Shown: positions 33,359-44,683, counted from the first letter of the stretch. The stretch: 64,000 nucleotides of DNA from Polyangiales bacterium (GCA_964202905.1 CAXNJO010000002.1:640001-704000), one strand, 5' to 3'. A program made the numbers and translations. Notes: generated by a model not told the origin, from the letters alone.

Positions 33359-33724
33359 TCAGCGGGGCACGCAGATCACGCCGGGATCGCACTCCGGCTC
33401 GAACTCGCCGCGTACCTCGCAGCGAAATCCCTCGCTGCAGAAGCAGTGATTGCCGAACACGCATTGGGAAGCAGAGTCCCCGCGCGCCGTGCAATCGACG
33501 GGCACGAGCCTCTGATCGGGCGCGCCGCAGCTCGTCGGGACGGTCCCGACGAGCGCTGGGTCGATGGCCGCGTCGCGCATCGCCGCGTCGTGCGCCGCTG
33601 CATCGCGCATCGCCGCGTCGGCGACGGCGGCATCGTCGGACGGCTCCGTGCGCCGGGACTCCGGGCAGCCCGCGAGCAGCGAGACGGCGAGGAGCGAGAC
33701 GGCGACGGGGACGACTCTGCGCAT
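33359..33724 (-). CDS. Small Cys-rich lipoprotein
   Basis: Lipobox LLAGC, a DAA-repeat linker and an 8-Cys C-terminal domain. Confidence 0.7.
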   Translation of the reverse strand: MRRVVPVAVSLLAVSLLAGCPESRRTEPSDDAAVADAAMRDAAAHDAAMRDAAIDPALVGTVPTSCGAPDQRLVPVDCTARGDSASQCVFGNHCFCSEGFRCEVRGEFEPECDPGVICVPR

Positions 33725-33880
33725 CGCGCGGGACGCTATCACGGGGAGTGAACGCGGCCGTGGAGGTCGTGCCTCTCCCGCGTCGCAGCGCCCATCCACC
33801 TCGCCTCGTACGGGCTCACGCCGGTTGCGCAGCTCCGTCGGCGTCGACGGGAGAACGATCGATTCTGGTAGCCTCGCGCG

Positions 33881-36198
33881 ATGGCATCGCTGCAGGCCGG
33901 CCAGATCATCGCCGGAAAATATCAGCTCCTCTCGCCGATCGGCGAGGGCGGCATGGGCGTCGTGTGGCGGGCGCGGCATCTCGCGCTCGGTCGCGACGTG
34001 GCGATCAAGCTGATTCACGAAGCCAGCGTCGATGGGACCCTCCGCGAGCGTTTCCTCCGCGAGGCGCGCCACGCCGCGTCGGTGCGCCATCCGAACGTCG
34101 TCGACGTGATCGACATCGGCTCGACGGAGGCGGGCCTCCCCTTCTTCGTCATGGAGCTGCTCGAGGGCCGGACTCTCGGTGCGCGTCTCGCTCTCGGACG
34201 CCTCCCGCTCGAGGAGGTGCTCTGGATCGCGGTCGGGACGCTGCGCGGACTCGCTGCCGTGCACGCCGCGGGGCTGCTTCATCGCGATCTCAAGCCGGAG
34301 AACATCTTTCTCGCCGTGGAAGGCGGGGAGACGGTCGTGAAGCTCCTCGATTTCGGCGTCGCCCGCAGCCAGCGCGAGCCCGCTGCGGCGGCGCTCCTGA
34401 CGCAGCCCGGGACGATGCTCGGCACCCCCGCGTACATGTCCATCGAACAGCTCCGCGGCGCCGAGGATCTCGACGCGCGCAGCGATCTCTACGCCGTGGG
34501 CGCGATTCTCTACGAGGCGCTCGCCGGACAGCGACCGCACGGCGGCGCGACGGTCGCGCTGCTGATCGCCGCCAAGCTCGAGCGCGACCCCGAGGCGCTC
34601 CTCGCCGTGCGGCCGGACCTCCCCGGCGCGCTCTGCGGAATCGTGCATCGGGCCCTCCATCGTCAACGGGCCGAGCGGTTCACGTCGGCCACGGAGATGT
34701 TGCAGGCGCTGCTCGGCGAACCCGACCTGGCCGCGCTCCTCCAGCGCGACGGGGCGTCGTTCCCGCGGACGCCGACGCCGGTCGCCGCGGCTGCAGCGCG
34801 TGAGTTTCCGACTTCTCCGCCGTCGCCCGTGGCGCGCACGGAGGCATGGAGCGTGACGCCTGCCGCGGGCGCGCCTCCGAGCGGCGTGGCCGTGACCGCG
34901 CCCTGGACGCCCCCCGATGCGGGGATGCCTGCCCCGCTGCCTCCTTCCGCGGTCGCCTCGCCGACCACGTCGAAGACACCGATGTTCCTCGCGGCCGCGT
35001 TGGCGCTCGGCGTGCTCGGGGTGTGCGGGCTCGGCGCCCTGCTGTTCTGGATGCGTGGCGACGCGGGCGACGAGGCGTCACGCGTCGCGGAGGCCGCGGC
35101 TCCGGCAGCGGGTCATTCCGCGAGCTGGATCCTCGGGGAGGCCGCCGCGCTGTCGATGCTCGCCGCGCAGTGGCGGGCGATCCAGTCCGATTCGGCGCGC
35201 GACGCCATCCGTCTCGTGCGGCAATCGGACGATGGGAGATATCTACCCATCATGGTCGAGGGTAGTGATGCGGAGTGGGCGACTCTCGCGGCGCGTCGCT
35301 TCGGGGGCACGCCCGTGCGTGCCGAGGTGCCCGCGGGCGAGCAGGTGTCTCTCACGCTGTTACGAACAGGAAGCGTGACCCTGCGCGCGGGGCCGACGAA
35401 ACGCACGGAGCGTGTCGATGCGCTCCAGTCGGGTGTCCTCGTTGCCGGCGTCCGGGGCGCGTCGGCGGGACGGAGTCGCCGACCGAAGGTCCGAATCCTT
35501 GGGCGTTCGTCGTCTCGGACGGCGAGCGGTTGGGGTGGGTGTCCGTCCCGGAAGGCCGCCGCAATCGACAACAACCCGCTCCCCTCGAGGCCTACGGAGG
35601 TTGTGCACCGGAGTTCGATGCGTTCCTGAACGAGCTGCCGAGCGAATACCGTGCTTCTGCGCTCGCGGAAACCTCCATCCGCACGACCTCCGACATCGCG
35701 AGTGCCCCGGGACAGCAAAGCGGGTTCGTCATGCGCTTCAACCTCCCGGGCGACGACGGCGCCTACGTCGGTCTGTTCGCGTCGTCGGCGGATTGTCGTC
35801 TGTCGCTCCTCGGTCTTCATCGCGTCGATCATCCCGTTCACCTGACCTACCTCTGCGACGCCATCCCCAACATCGGCCCCAAACTGCTGATCGTGCGAGG
35901 CCCCGCCCTCACGCAGGGTTACGAACACTGGCAGGCGTTCGTGGTCGGCGAGCCCGGCACGGTGTGGAGTACGTCGTTGCTTTCGGACGAGAGTCTCGGT
36001 CGGCGGAGCGTGCGAGTCCGAATTGCCGCGACCACGACTCAAGGTCTGTACGCGCCGGTCTCCGTGCAACGGCCCGAGGCGCCCTATCCAGAGCTGTTCG
36101 TGTGGGATGGCTCCCAACTCCGCTCTTCGGACATGGCCGCTGGGGGCAACTACTTTGGCGACGAGGGCTCGGGCGACGAGTTCGGCGAATTCGAATAG
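33881..36198 (+). CDS. Membrane Ser/Thr protein kinase with extracytoplasmic C-terminal region; probable frameshift near 35450
   Basis: GEGGMGVV, HRDLKPENI, DFG, GTPAYM and a TM segment. A coherent protein continues in ORF 35275..36198. Confidence 0.85.
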
Positions 36199-36264
36199 AC
36201 CTCATTCCATCACCCCTCCATCGTCACCGGAAGTCGGTATTCCCGCGTCGAGAGCCTCCAATTC

Positions 36265-38937
36265 ATGACGCCACGCCTCTCTCGCTCGACACTCCCTTGC
36301 GAGCCGCCGCACCTCATCGTCGTCGGCCGCGACCCGGCGCGCGTGCACGTGGTCGTCGAGCACCCGAACGTCAGCGGCGCGCACCTGCGCCTGGACCTCG
36401 CCGCGGGGACGATCACCGACCTGCAGAGCTCGGCGGGAACGTACGACTCCAGCACACGTCGACTCCCGCCCGGACAGCCCGTTCCGCTCGATGCGGCCGG
36501 CAGCGTCGCGCTCGGTCCCGTCCGGCTGACCGTCGCGGACATCGTGGCCGTCGTACGGGGGGCGATACCATCCAATCCCCCGGAAGCCTCCCGTACGCCT
36601 GCGCGCGCGACGACGGCGGCGGGATCTGCGGCGCAGGTGTCTCCGTCCGCGGCCCACGTTTCTCCGCCTGCGGCGGCGGGGCCGACGGTGCTCGGCCGCT
36701 CGCGGCTCGGCGCGCATTCGGGGGCCGCCGTCGTCCTCGGCCGAAGCCCGGACAACGACATCGTGTTGCCCTATCCGCAGGTGTCGGCGCGCCACGCCCA
36801 GGTGACGCGCGGCGCGGATGGGCAACTCCGCATCGTCGACCTCGGGAGCTCCAATGGGACCTACGTGGAGGGGCGGCGATTGCGCTCGGGAGAGAGCGCT
36901 GCCCTCGCACCCCAAATGCGCGTCTGGCTGGGGCCCTATGCGCTCGTCATCGACGACGACGACGGCTCCATCGTCACCTCCGTCCAGCGCAGGAACGATT
37001 TCGAGAATGCCAACGTCGTCGAGATCGAGGCGCTTGGCCTGGGCCTGCAAGTTCCTGATCGCACGCGCAAAGGCACGCAGAAGGTGCTGCTGAACGACGT
37101 CACCTTCAAAGCGCTGCCCGGCGATCTGATCGCGCTGATGGGCCCGTCCGGCGCGGGGAAATCGACCCTCCTGACCGTGCTCAACGGCTCACTCCGGCCC
37201 ACTTCGGGTGAAGTGCGCGTCAACGGCGAGAACCTCCACGCGATCTACGACGCGCTGCGCGGCAGCATCGGTTACGTCCCGCAGGACGATCTGCTGCACG
37301 CGGAGTTGACGGTGCGCGAGGCCGTCTCGTTCAGTGCGCGCGCGCGTCTGCCCCCGGATTTCTCCCGAGAAGAGGTCGACCGTCGGGTCACGAAGACGCT
37401 CACCGATCTCGGACTCGAGCACGTGGCGGACACGGTGATTGGCTCGCCGACGCACAAGATCCTGTCGGGAGGGCAGCGCAAACGCGTGAACATCGCGCTC
37501 GAGCTGGTCACGGATCCGGCGCTGCTGTTCCTCGACGAGCCGACCTCCGGGCTCGCCGCCGACGACACGGTGGCACTGATCGACCTCCTCGCCGGCCTCG
37601 CGAATCGCGATGGCAAGACGGTGGTCGTCACGATTCACCAGCCCGCCCGGGAGGAGTTCGAGAAGTTCAATCTGGCGCTCGTGCTCGGGTTCGGCGGTGA
37701 GCCGGTGTATTTCGGCCCGACCGGCCGCGCTGCGTACGAGTTCTTCGCCGGATATCGGGGGCGACCGACGGAGAACCCCCGCGACATGTTCTTCCAGCTC
37801 AAGAGCCGGGAGGACGACGCCGTCGCGCGCGGTCAGCTCTCGAGTCGCTCGGAGGCCCGTCTCGCTGCGGCGCGCGAGTGGCGGGGCGAGTTCTTCCGAC
37901 CGGACAATCCGATCTACCGAAGCATGTATTCGGGCCGTCGCGAGCCCGGCACACCGGGGACGGTGCGTCCGTCGACGCGCTCCCGACCGTCGCGTGCAGG
38001 GCAGTTTCTCCTCCTGCTCACCCGCTACGCCACCATCAAGGTTCGTGACGTGTCGGGATTGATGGTGATGTTGCTCCAGGCACCGTTGATCGGAGGGATT
38101 CTGTCGGCCGTCTTCTCGGAGACGCCCGCGGTCCCGCAGCTCTGGTGCCAGAACGAAGTCCTCACGATCGAGCGCAATGCGCGTTGTGCGGCGTCGTTGA
38201 CCGAGCGATTCCTGCCCGTGCGGGATATGAAGGCAGCGCTCTTCATTCTCACGATCAGCGCGCTCTGGTTCGGTGTGAGCAACGCGGCCCGGGAGATCGT
38301 CTCCGAGACGGCGATCTACCGCCGTGAGCGGATGGTCAACCTCTCGGTTCTCAGCTACGTCGGGTCCAAGTTCGTCCTGCTGGCTGCGTTCTCTCTCGTG
38401 CAGTGTCTGGTCTTGCTCGGTTTCGTCTACGTACCTTTGGAGCTCGGGTCCGGGACGTTTGCAGCGTTTCTACCGATGTTCGTCTCGATGGGTTTGACGT
38501 CGACGTGCGGGGTCGCGCTCGGCCTGTTGATCTCGACGGTCGTCCGTTCCGCCGAAGCCGCCATGGCGCTGACGCCGATCGCCTTGATTCCACAGATCGT
38601 CATGGGTGGCCTGCTCGTGCCGATGACGAACAAGGCGTGGCTGGAGTGGCCGATGGCGGCGATGCCCTCGCGCTGGGGATTCGAGAGCATGGTCGCCGCC
38701 GAGCGCGAGACGCTCCGCGAGGGCTGGGACGTCGCGACCTGCGCCACCGGGGCCGAGTTCGTCGACCTGCGCGGCCAATTCGACTGCGCCGTGGCGGAGA
38801 TCGCCGGCGGTCACAGGGGTGCGCTTGGATTCGCGAGCTGGGATTCCGCGCTCACGCACCACGGCGCGCTCGTCGCGATGTGCGTCGTGTGTCTCGTCGC
38901 GGTCGTGGTGTTGCTGCGCCGACGCGACGCGATCTGA
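36265..38937 (+). CDS. FHA-domain ABC transporter (FHA-FHA-NBD-TMD, Rv1747-like architecture)
   Basis: Two FHA motifs (VGRD...VSGAH...SSAGT and LGRSPDNDI...VSARHA...GSSNGTY), GPSGAGKST, LSGGQRKR, LDEPTSG and an ABC2 membrane domain. Confidence 0.92.
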   Translation: MTPRLSRSTLPCEPPHLIVVGRDPARVHVVVEHPNVSGAHLRLDLAAGTITDLQSSAGTYDSSTRRLPPGQPVPLDAAGSVALGPVRLTVADIVAVVRGAIPSNPPEASRTPARATTAAGSAAQVSPSAAHVSPPAAAGPTVLGRSRLGAHSGAAVVLGRSPDNDIVLPYPQVSARHAQVTRGADGQLRIVDLGSSNGTYVEGRRLRSGESAALAPQMRVWLGPYALVIDDDDGSIVTSVQRRNDFENANVVEIEALGLGLQVPDRTRKGTQKVLLNDVTFKALPGDLIALMGPSGAGKSTLLTVLNGSLRPTSGEVRVNGENLHAIYDALRGSIGYVPQDDLLHAELTVREAVSFSARARLPPDFSREEVDRRVTKTLTDLGLEHVADTVIGSPTHKILSGGQRKRVNIALELVTDPALLFLDEPTSGLAADDTVALIDLLAGLANRDGKTVVVTIHQPAREEFEKFNLALVLGFGGEPVYFGPTGRAAYEFFAGYRGRPTENPRDMFFQLKSREDDAVARGQLSSRSEARLAAAREWRGEFFRPDNPIYRSMYSGRREPGTPGTVRPSTRSRPSRAGQFLLLLTRYATIKVRDVSGLMVMLLQAPLIGGILSAVFSETPAVPQLWCQNEVLTIERNARCAASLTERFLPVRDMKAALFILTISALWFGVSNAAREIVSETAIYRRERMVNLSVLSYVGSKFVLLAAFSLVQCLVLLGFVYVPLELGSGTFAAFLPMFVSMGLTSTCGVALGLLISTVVRSAEAAMALTPIALIPQIVMGGLLVPMTNKAWLEWPMAAMPSRWGFESMVAAERETLREGWDVATCATGAEFVDLRGQFDCAVAEIAGGHRGALGFASWDSALTHHGALVAMCVVCLVAVVVLLRRRDAI

Positions 38938-38966
38938 GCGGAGTTCCGAGAGGGGAGCCCGGCCCC

Positions 38967-39609
38967 TCAACGCCGCCGCGGCGCGCGGAGCTGGAGGCGC
39001 AGCGGGACTTCGTCGCGGATGAGGTCGTCGGGCATGCCCGGGTAGACGATCCCGAAGTCGCGGCGGTTGATCGTGAGTTGCGCGTCGGCCTCGACGGCGT
39101 CGGGCGTGACGCGGATCGTCGCGGGGAAGCTGAGCGGCTTCGTGACGCCGTGCAGCGTGAGATCACCGCTGATGACGTGCGTCGCGCCGGGCGTCGTCGC
39201 GGTCGCGATCGTCCGCGAGACGAACTTCGCGCGTGGGAACTGCGGCGCGTCGAAGAGATCGGCGCTCAAGAGGTGCGTGCGCAGCCGCTCCGGCTCGATC
39301 ACGACGGAGTCCATCTCGATGTCGATCGAGACCTTGCTGCGCTCGGGGGCGCCGTCGACGAGCTCCACGGTGCCGGTGAAGCGCGAGAACGTGCCGTCGT
39401 GGCTGCCGGTGATCTTGCTGCCGGTGAAGCCGATCGACGACGTCGCGAGGTCGGCCTGGAGTGTTTCGGTGCCGGTCGCGGGCGCGGCTGCGGGCGGGGC
39501 GGCTGCGGCTGGCGGGGGCGCTGCAGGCGGCGTCGGTGTCACCGTCGCAGGGCTGCTCGACGCGGCGGGAGCACTCGATTCGCTGCCGCAAGCGCCGAGG
39601 AGGGCGGCG
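38967..39609 (-). pseudogene. YceI family lipoprotein whose extreme 5' end is removed by element copy 2
   Basis: SSIGFTGSK, HLLSADLFDAPQFP, GDLTLHGVTKP and INRRDFGI. The signal peptide is cut just before AAALLGAC. Confidence 0.85.
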
Positions 39610-40340
39610 GCGCGTAGGACATTCGAACCCCTGATCTGCGCCCGCTCCATGCACGGAGGAACGCTACGCGGCTCAGTTGCCCCCCACCGGAGCCCGCGCC
39701 CGTTTGCCCGCCGGCGCCGATCTGCCCGCCCGAGCGACCGACCGCACCCGTCTTTCGCGAATGCGACCACCTTCAGCATTGCGTCGAGACGATCCGCCAC
39801 GGACACCCCGTCGGCGAAGGCTGACCCATGCCGCTCGACGACAACTACGCCCGCTGCGGTATCGCCACCGCACGCGTCGAAACGCCTGTCGAATGCGCCA
39901 ACCTCGGAAGCTGCATCTTGTCCGTCCGCGGCGGCCTCAAGCCCGGACTCGGTTGCCCACACGAAGGCTCCGCCCTCTACGAAGAGTGCGGCCGCTGGCA
40001 GCCGCCTCGACCTCGCGCCGCACGACGCGGGAGACGAGCGGCGTCGCGCCAGACGACTCCGCCTACGGACGCGCGCTAGAGCCTCAACCGTTCAAGCCCG
40101 TAGTCTTCGCGCCGCGGGCTTTCGGCATTCGTGCCGCGCCGGCACCTCGGGGAGCACGTCGTCGAACAGGTGCGCGGCCAGTGCGCGCGCAACACGCGAT
40201 GCAGCACAGTGTCCTCCGGACGCCGCCGCGCATAGCCGTCCGCACGAGGTGCGTGAGCAAGAGCAGAACAAGCAGCGGCAACGGCAGACACCGCCGCTCA
40301 TCGGCGCATCATCTGGCGCAGTGCTCAGCGTGCTCGGCGG
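39610..40340 (-). mobile_element. Non-autonomous IS91/ISCR-like element, copy 2
   Basis: Same sequence as copy 1; abuts the truncated yceI-like gene. Confidence 0.75.
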
Positions 40341-40772
40341 CGTCAGTCGCTCGCGGCGCGCGAGGGCGAGCTCGGACGGGTGCGCGCGGACGAAGAGCGC
40401 CTCACGCGCGAGCTCGCGGAAGCGCGCAGCGACGCGGCGAGTGCGGCCGCGCAGATCGCCGCCGCCGACGCGCGCCGCGCCGACGCCGAGCGCGACGTGA
40501 GCGAGCTGCGCCGCGAGCTCGAGCGGCTGCGCAACGCCGAGCCTGCGCCCGCGCCCGCGGGGCCCTGAGCCGCGCGGCGCGCTCGCTCGCGCGTCAATAG
40601 CCCCGATACGCGGGCCCGGCTTCCTTGCGGAGCGACATCACCGAAATCAGCTCCGCGCGGTCCTGCGCGAGGTAGTGACGCGGGATCATCTGTTGGTGCA
40701 GCACCTTCCCGAGTCGCGTGAGGGAGAAGGTGCCGAGCACGGGATTCGACGTGCCGGCAAAAGACAAACGCG

Positions 40773-41525
40773 CTAACGGCGGCCCCACCACCACGATGCG
40801 TGCACGACCGCCTGATGGCGCGGCTCGGGGAGAAAGTCGACCGTGCCGATGGCGCCCAAACCGAAGCTCCCGGACGACGTTTCGAGGAGCGGCAAGTCGA
40901 CGCCCATCGCGAACTGCACGACGAAGGTATCGGCGAATGTCGTCGGGCGATCTTCGTACGACGAGCAGCCGGTGCGACGTGAACATGACGTCATACGCAC
41001 TTCATCGAGACCTGAAAAACGCGCGTCGACCGCTCGGTAGCCGACGAGCGTCGAGAGATGCAGGACGATCGGGCCGATCTCCACAGCAGCGCTCGGCCCC
41101 GCCGCGATCTGAGAGGCGAGTCGGCCTTCGGGCCCGGCTTCGACGAAGTTCGGTGCGACCGCCCCATCGCGCTCAAACCAACCGACTCCAAACGAAAAAC
41201 GCCCGCCGAACCAATGGTTCGGCAAGTACACAGCGGCGTCGATCGCCACGCCGTTTGACGACGGTGAGAGAAAGCCGAGCTCGCGCCCGGTTGCGTCTGG
41301 ACCTGCTCCTTCAACGACAGTGCGAAAGCGCGAATCGGCCACCCCCAGCGCCGCGTGCCACCAGCCGACACGAAGCGCGAGCGTGACGGGCTGTCCCTCT
41401 GCGGCGGCGATCCCGACGAGAGGCGTGGGCGCCGTGGTCTGCGCGAAGCTCGACGTCGGCGCGACGAACGAGATCGCGGCGAAGAGAACGAAGACGAAAC
41501 ATGCGGCGTTGCGATGGTTCCTCAT
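40773..41525 (-). CDS. Secreted/outer-membrane hypothetical protein
   Basis: Signal peptide (CFVFVLFAAISFVAPTSSFAQ), alternating aromatic beta-strand pattern and a Trp-rich end. Confidence 0.65.
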   Translation of the reverse strand: MRNHRNAACFVFVLFAAISFVAPTSSFAQTTAPTPLVGIAAAEGQPVTLALRVGWWHAALGVADSRFRTVVEGAGPDATGRELGFLSPSSNGVAIDAAVYLPNHWFGGRFSFGVGWFERDGAVAPNFVEAGPEGRLASQIAAGPSAAVEIGPIVLHLSTLVGYRAVDARFSGLDEVRMTSCSRRTGCSSYEDRPTTFADTFVVQFAMGVDLPLLETSSGSFGLGAIGTVDFLPEPRHQAVVHASWWWGRR

Positions 41526-41752
41526 CGATGCGTATAGCCCATCCGATCGCCCCTTCGGTCGTGCTCCGTGACGCTGCATCTTCTCCGAACGCTACGCGAG
41601 CGCGCCGCGGAGCACAATCTCGACGTCAATGCTGCTCTGCCGGAGGCGCGTCGACGTGCCTCGAGCGCCCACTTTCAGCGCATGTTCGCGCAGCGAACGC
41701 ACGTCTCCCTGACCGCGCTGTGCGCAGCCGCTCGACTCACGGTGCTCTCCGC

Positions 41753-42278
41753 TCAACCGAACACGAGCCGCAGCTGCCCGTGCGCGGACGCTCGCGGCTC
41801 GGCGTCGGGCGGCGCTCTCGGCGGCGCTCTTGCATAGCCGCGCTCGCTGAGCACGCGCGCTATCTCGCCGGGCTTCTTCGCGATCTCGACGATGCGCAGC
41901 CGGCCGCCGCACTTCTCGCACTTCAAGATATCGACCGCGAACACCCGCTGCAGTAGCCAGCTCCACGGATGTCGCGACGGCTCGGCCGTCTTCTTCTTCG
42001 TGGCGCTCTTCGCTGACATCGTCGGCTCGTCCGTCTCATCGAACAGCGAGAGCTGCTTTGGCGGCGCGGCCGGCTTCTTCGGCACGACCTCGGCACGCAG
42101 CGACGAGTGCCCGGCGAGCACGCCGAGGTAGCGCATCAAATGAAAGCGCGGAGGCGGTACCAGCGCGCAAAGCCGCGCGATGAAGTCCGCGGGCGAGAGC
42201 ACGACGGCGTGCGTCCCGTCCCTCCACGCCTTCTTGAAGCGATAGACGACCTGTCCGTCATCGCGCAGCGACAGCCGA
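41753..42278 (-). pseudogene. IS91-family (Y2) rolling-circle transposase, C-terminal fragment
   Basis: RLSLRDDGQVVYRFKKAWRDGT, FIARLCALVPPPRFHLMRYLGVLA and WSWLLQRVFAVDILKCEKCGGRLRIV. Confidence 0.88.
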
Positions 42279-43009
42279 GCGCGTAGGACATTCGAACCCC
42301 TGATCTGCGCCCGCTCCATGCACGGAGGAACGCTACGCGGCTCAGTTGCCCCCCACCGGAGCCCGCGCCCGTTTGCCCGCCGGCGCCGATCTGCCCGCCT
42401 GAGCGACCGACCGCACCCGTCTTTCGCGAATGCGACCACCTTCAGCATTGCGTCGAGACGATCCGCCACGGACACCCCGTCGGCGAAGGCTGACCCATGC
42501 CGCTCGACGACAACTACGCCCGCTGCGGTATCGCCACCGCACGCGTCGAAACGCCTGTCGAATGCGCCAACCTCGGAAGCTGCATCTTGTCCGTCCGCGG
42601 CGGCCTCAAGCCCGGACTCGGTTGCCCACACGAAGGCTCCGCCCTCTACGAAGAGTGCGGCCGCTGGCAGCCGCCTCGACCTCGCGCCGCACGACGCGGG
42701 AGACGAGCGGCGTCGCGCCAGACGACTCCGCCTACGGACGCGCGCTAGAGCCTCAACCGTTCAAGCCCGTAGTCTTCGCGCCGCGGGCTTTCGGCATTCG
42801 TGCCGCGCCGGCACCTCGGGGAGCACGTCGTCGAACAGGTGCGCGGCCAGTGCGCGCGCAACACGCGATGCAGCACAGTGTCCTCCGGACGCCGCCGCGC
42901 ATAGCCGTCCGCACGAGGTGCGTGAGCAAGAGCAGAACAAGCAGCGGCAACGGCAGACACCGCCGCTCATCGGCGCATCATCTGGCGCAGTGCTCAGCGT
43001 GCTCGGCGG
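42279..43009 (-). mobile_element. Non-autonomous IS91/ISCR-like element, copy 3
   Basis: Offset 2669 from copy 2; homology continues through the host junction to 43425. Confidence 0.75.
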
Positions 43010-43262
43010 CGTCAGTCGCTCGCGGCGCGCGAGGGCGAGCTCGGACGGGTGCGCGCGGACGAAGAGCGCCTCACGCGCGAGCTCGCGGAAGCGCGCAGCG
43101 ACGCGGCGAGTGCGGCCGCGCAGATCGCCGCCGCCGACGCGCGCCGCGCCGACGCCGAGCGCGACGTGAGCGAGCTGCGCCGCGAGCTCGAGCGGCTGCG
43201 CAACGCCGAGCCTGCGCCCGCGCCCGCGGGGCCCTGAGCCGCGCGGCGCGCTCGCTCGCGCG

Positions 43263-44683
43263 TCAATAGCCCCGATACGCGGGCCCGGCTTCCTTGCGGA
43301 GCGACATCACCGACACGAGCGCGGAACGATCCTTCGCGAGGTAGTGACGCGGGATCATCTGTTGGTGCAGCACCTTCCCGAGTCGCGTGAGGGAGAAGGT
43401 GCCGAGCACGGGATTCGACGTGCCGAGCCCGAGCGATTCCCAACGTGCGAGCAGCGTTCGGTGCGCGGTCATCGTCTCGGCGCCGTACTTCTTCGCGCGT
43501 GAGCGCACGCGCGTCATCGGCGAATACAGCAGATCGAACGTGACGTCGCGCGTCGCGCGCTGGTGCGCGTCGAGCCGCGCGAAGCGAGAGATGGGCAGAT
43601 TCCCCGCCTCGACCGCGTCGCAATAGGCGTGGATATCACGGTGATTGAGGTAGGTCGCGCGGTCTCCGATCGAGAAGCTCGAGTGTCCGAAGCCGTGATA
43701 GAGCACCTCGCCGTACGCGGGATTCACGCGCGAGGTCGCGAGCTCCCACAGCTCGCGGCGCACGTGGCGCGGCGACCGATAGAAGCGCGCCCCGAGCTCG
43801 CTCCAGCCGAGCTCGTCGGCGAAGACCTCGCGGGCGAGGGCGTCGCTGTGCGCCGTCTCGAGAAAGGGCGGCACACGCCGCGCGTCGCGGAAGGTGCGTG
43901 AGCGCGGGTCGTCGTGAAAGGGATACAGAAACACGCTGTCAACCGCTCCCGTGCGCGCGAGCTCGCGCGCCGCGGCGAGCGAGGCGGCGAAGGACGCGGG
44001 CGTCTGCCCTTCGAGCCCGGTCATCAGATCGATGTTGATGAAGTCGAATCCCGCGCTGCGGGCACGCGCGATGGCCTCGAAGACCTCGCGCAGCGGCTCG
44101 CCGTGGTGGTGAAAGGCGTAGAGCTCCGGGTCGAGCGTCTGCACGCCGAGGCTGATGCGGCGGAAGCCCGCGGCGACGAGCGCGTCGAGCTTGTCGCGCT
44201 CGGCGGTGATGGGCTTGGCCTCCGCGGTGCTCATCGTGCGGGGCGGGCCAAGCGCAGGAGCAGCGCGCCGAGGAAGCGCTCGAGCAGCCGCCGCGGGAGC
44301 GCGGTCGGCGTGCCGCCACCGAGGAAATACAACGCCGGGCGAAGATGCGGCGCGATCGCACGGACGCGCGCCATCTCGGTGTCGAGCGCATCGACGTAGC
44401 GCGCCATCAGCGCCTCGTTGTCCTTCGTCGTCAATTCGTAGTGGAAGCAGTAGCGGCAGCGATAGCGGCAGAAGCCGAAGTGGAAGTAGAAACCTGCGTT
44501 GCGAAAGTCGCCGACCGCCTCGGCGAGAAAGGCGCCATCCGTCGGCGCACCGCTCGCCGTGCGCTCGAGCGTCACGGCGGGCGGGTATGTGAGCTGATAA
44601 TCGTGCATGTCCGGTGCAGGCACGAGCGCGGGATCGGCCGCGAAGACCGCGCGCAGATCCGATTCGAGCTTCATCCGATTCAT
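43263..44683 (-). CDS. HemN-like (class C-type) radical SAM protein; frameshift near 44240
   Basis: FYFHFGFCRYRCRYC, YFLGGGTPT, RISLGVQT and INIDLMTGLEGQT; ATGA overlap with the upstream gene. Confidence 0.88.

Noticed and set aside
38967..39962. ORFs starting MWATESGLEAA fused to YceI, to the transposase fragment (41753..42631) and to 26630..27205
   Set aside because: The shared N-terminus is just an open frame running out of the repeated element. There is no evidence that it is a real domain.
23644..43425. Integron or prophage explanation for the cargo array
   Set aside because: No tyrosine/serine integrase, attC-like sites or phage genes are seen, and the cargo genes are truncated rather than whole cassettes.
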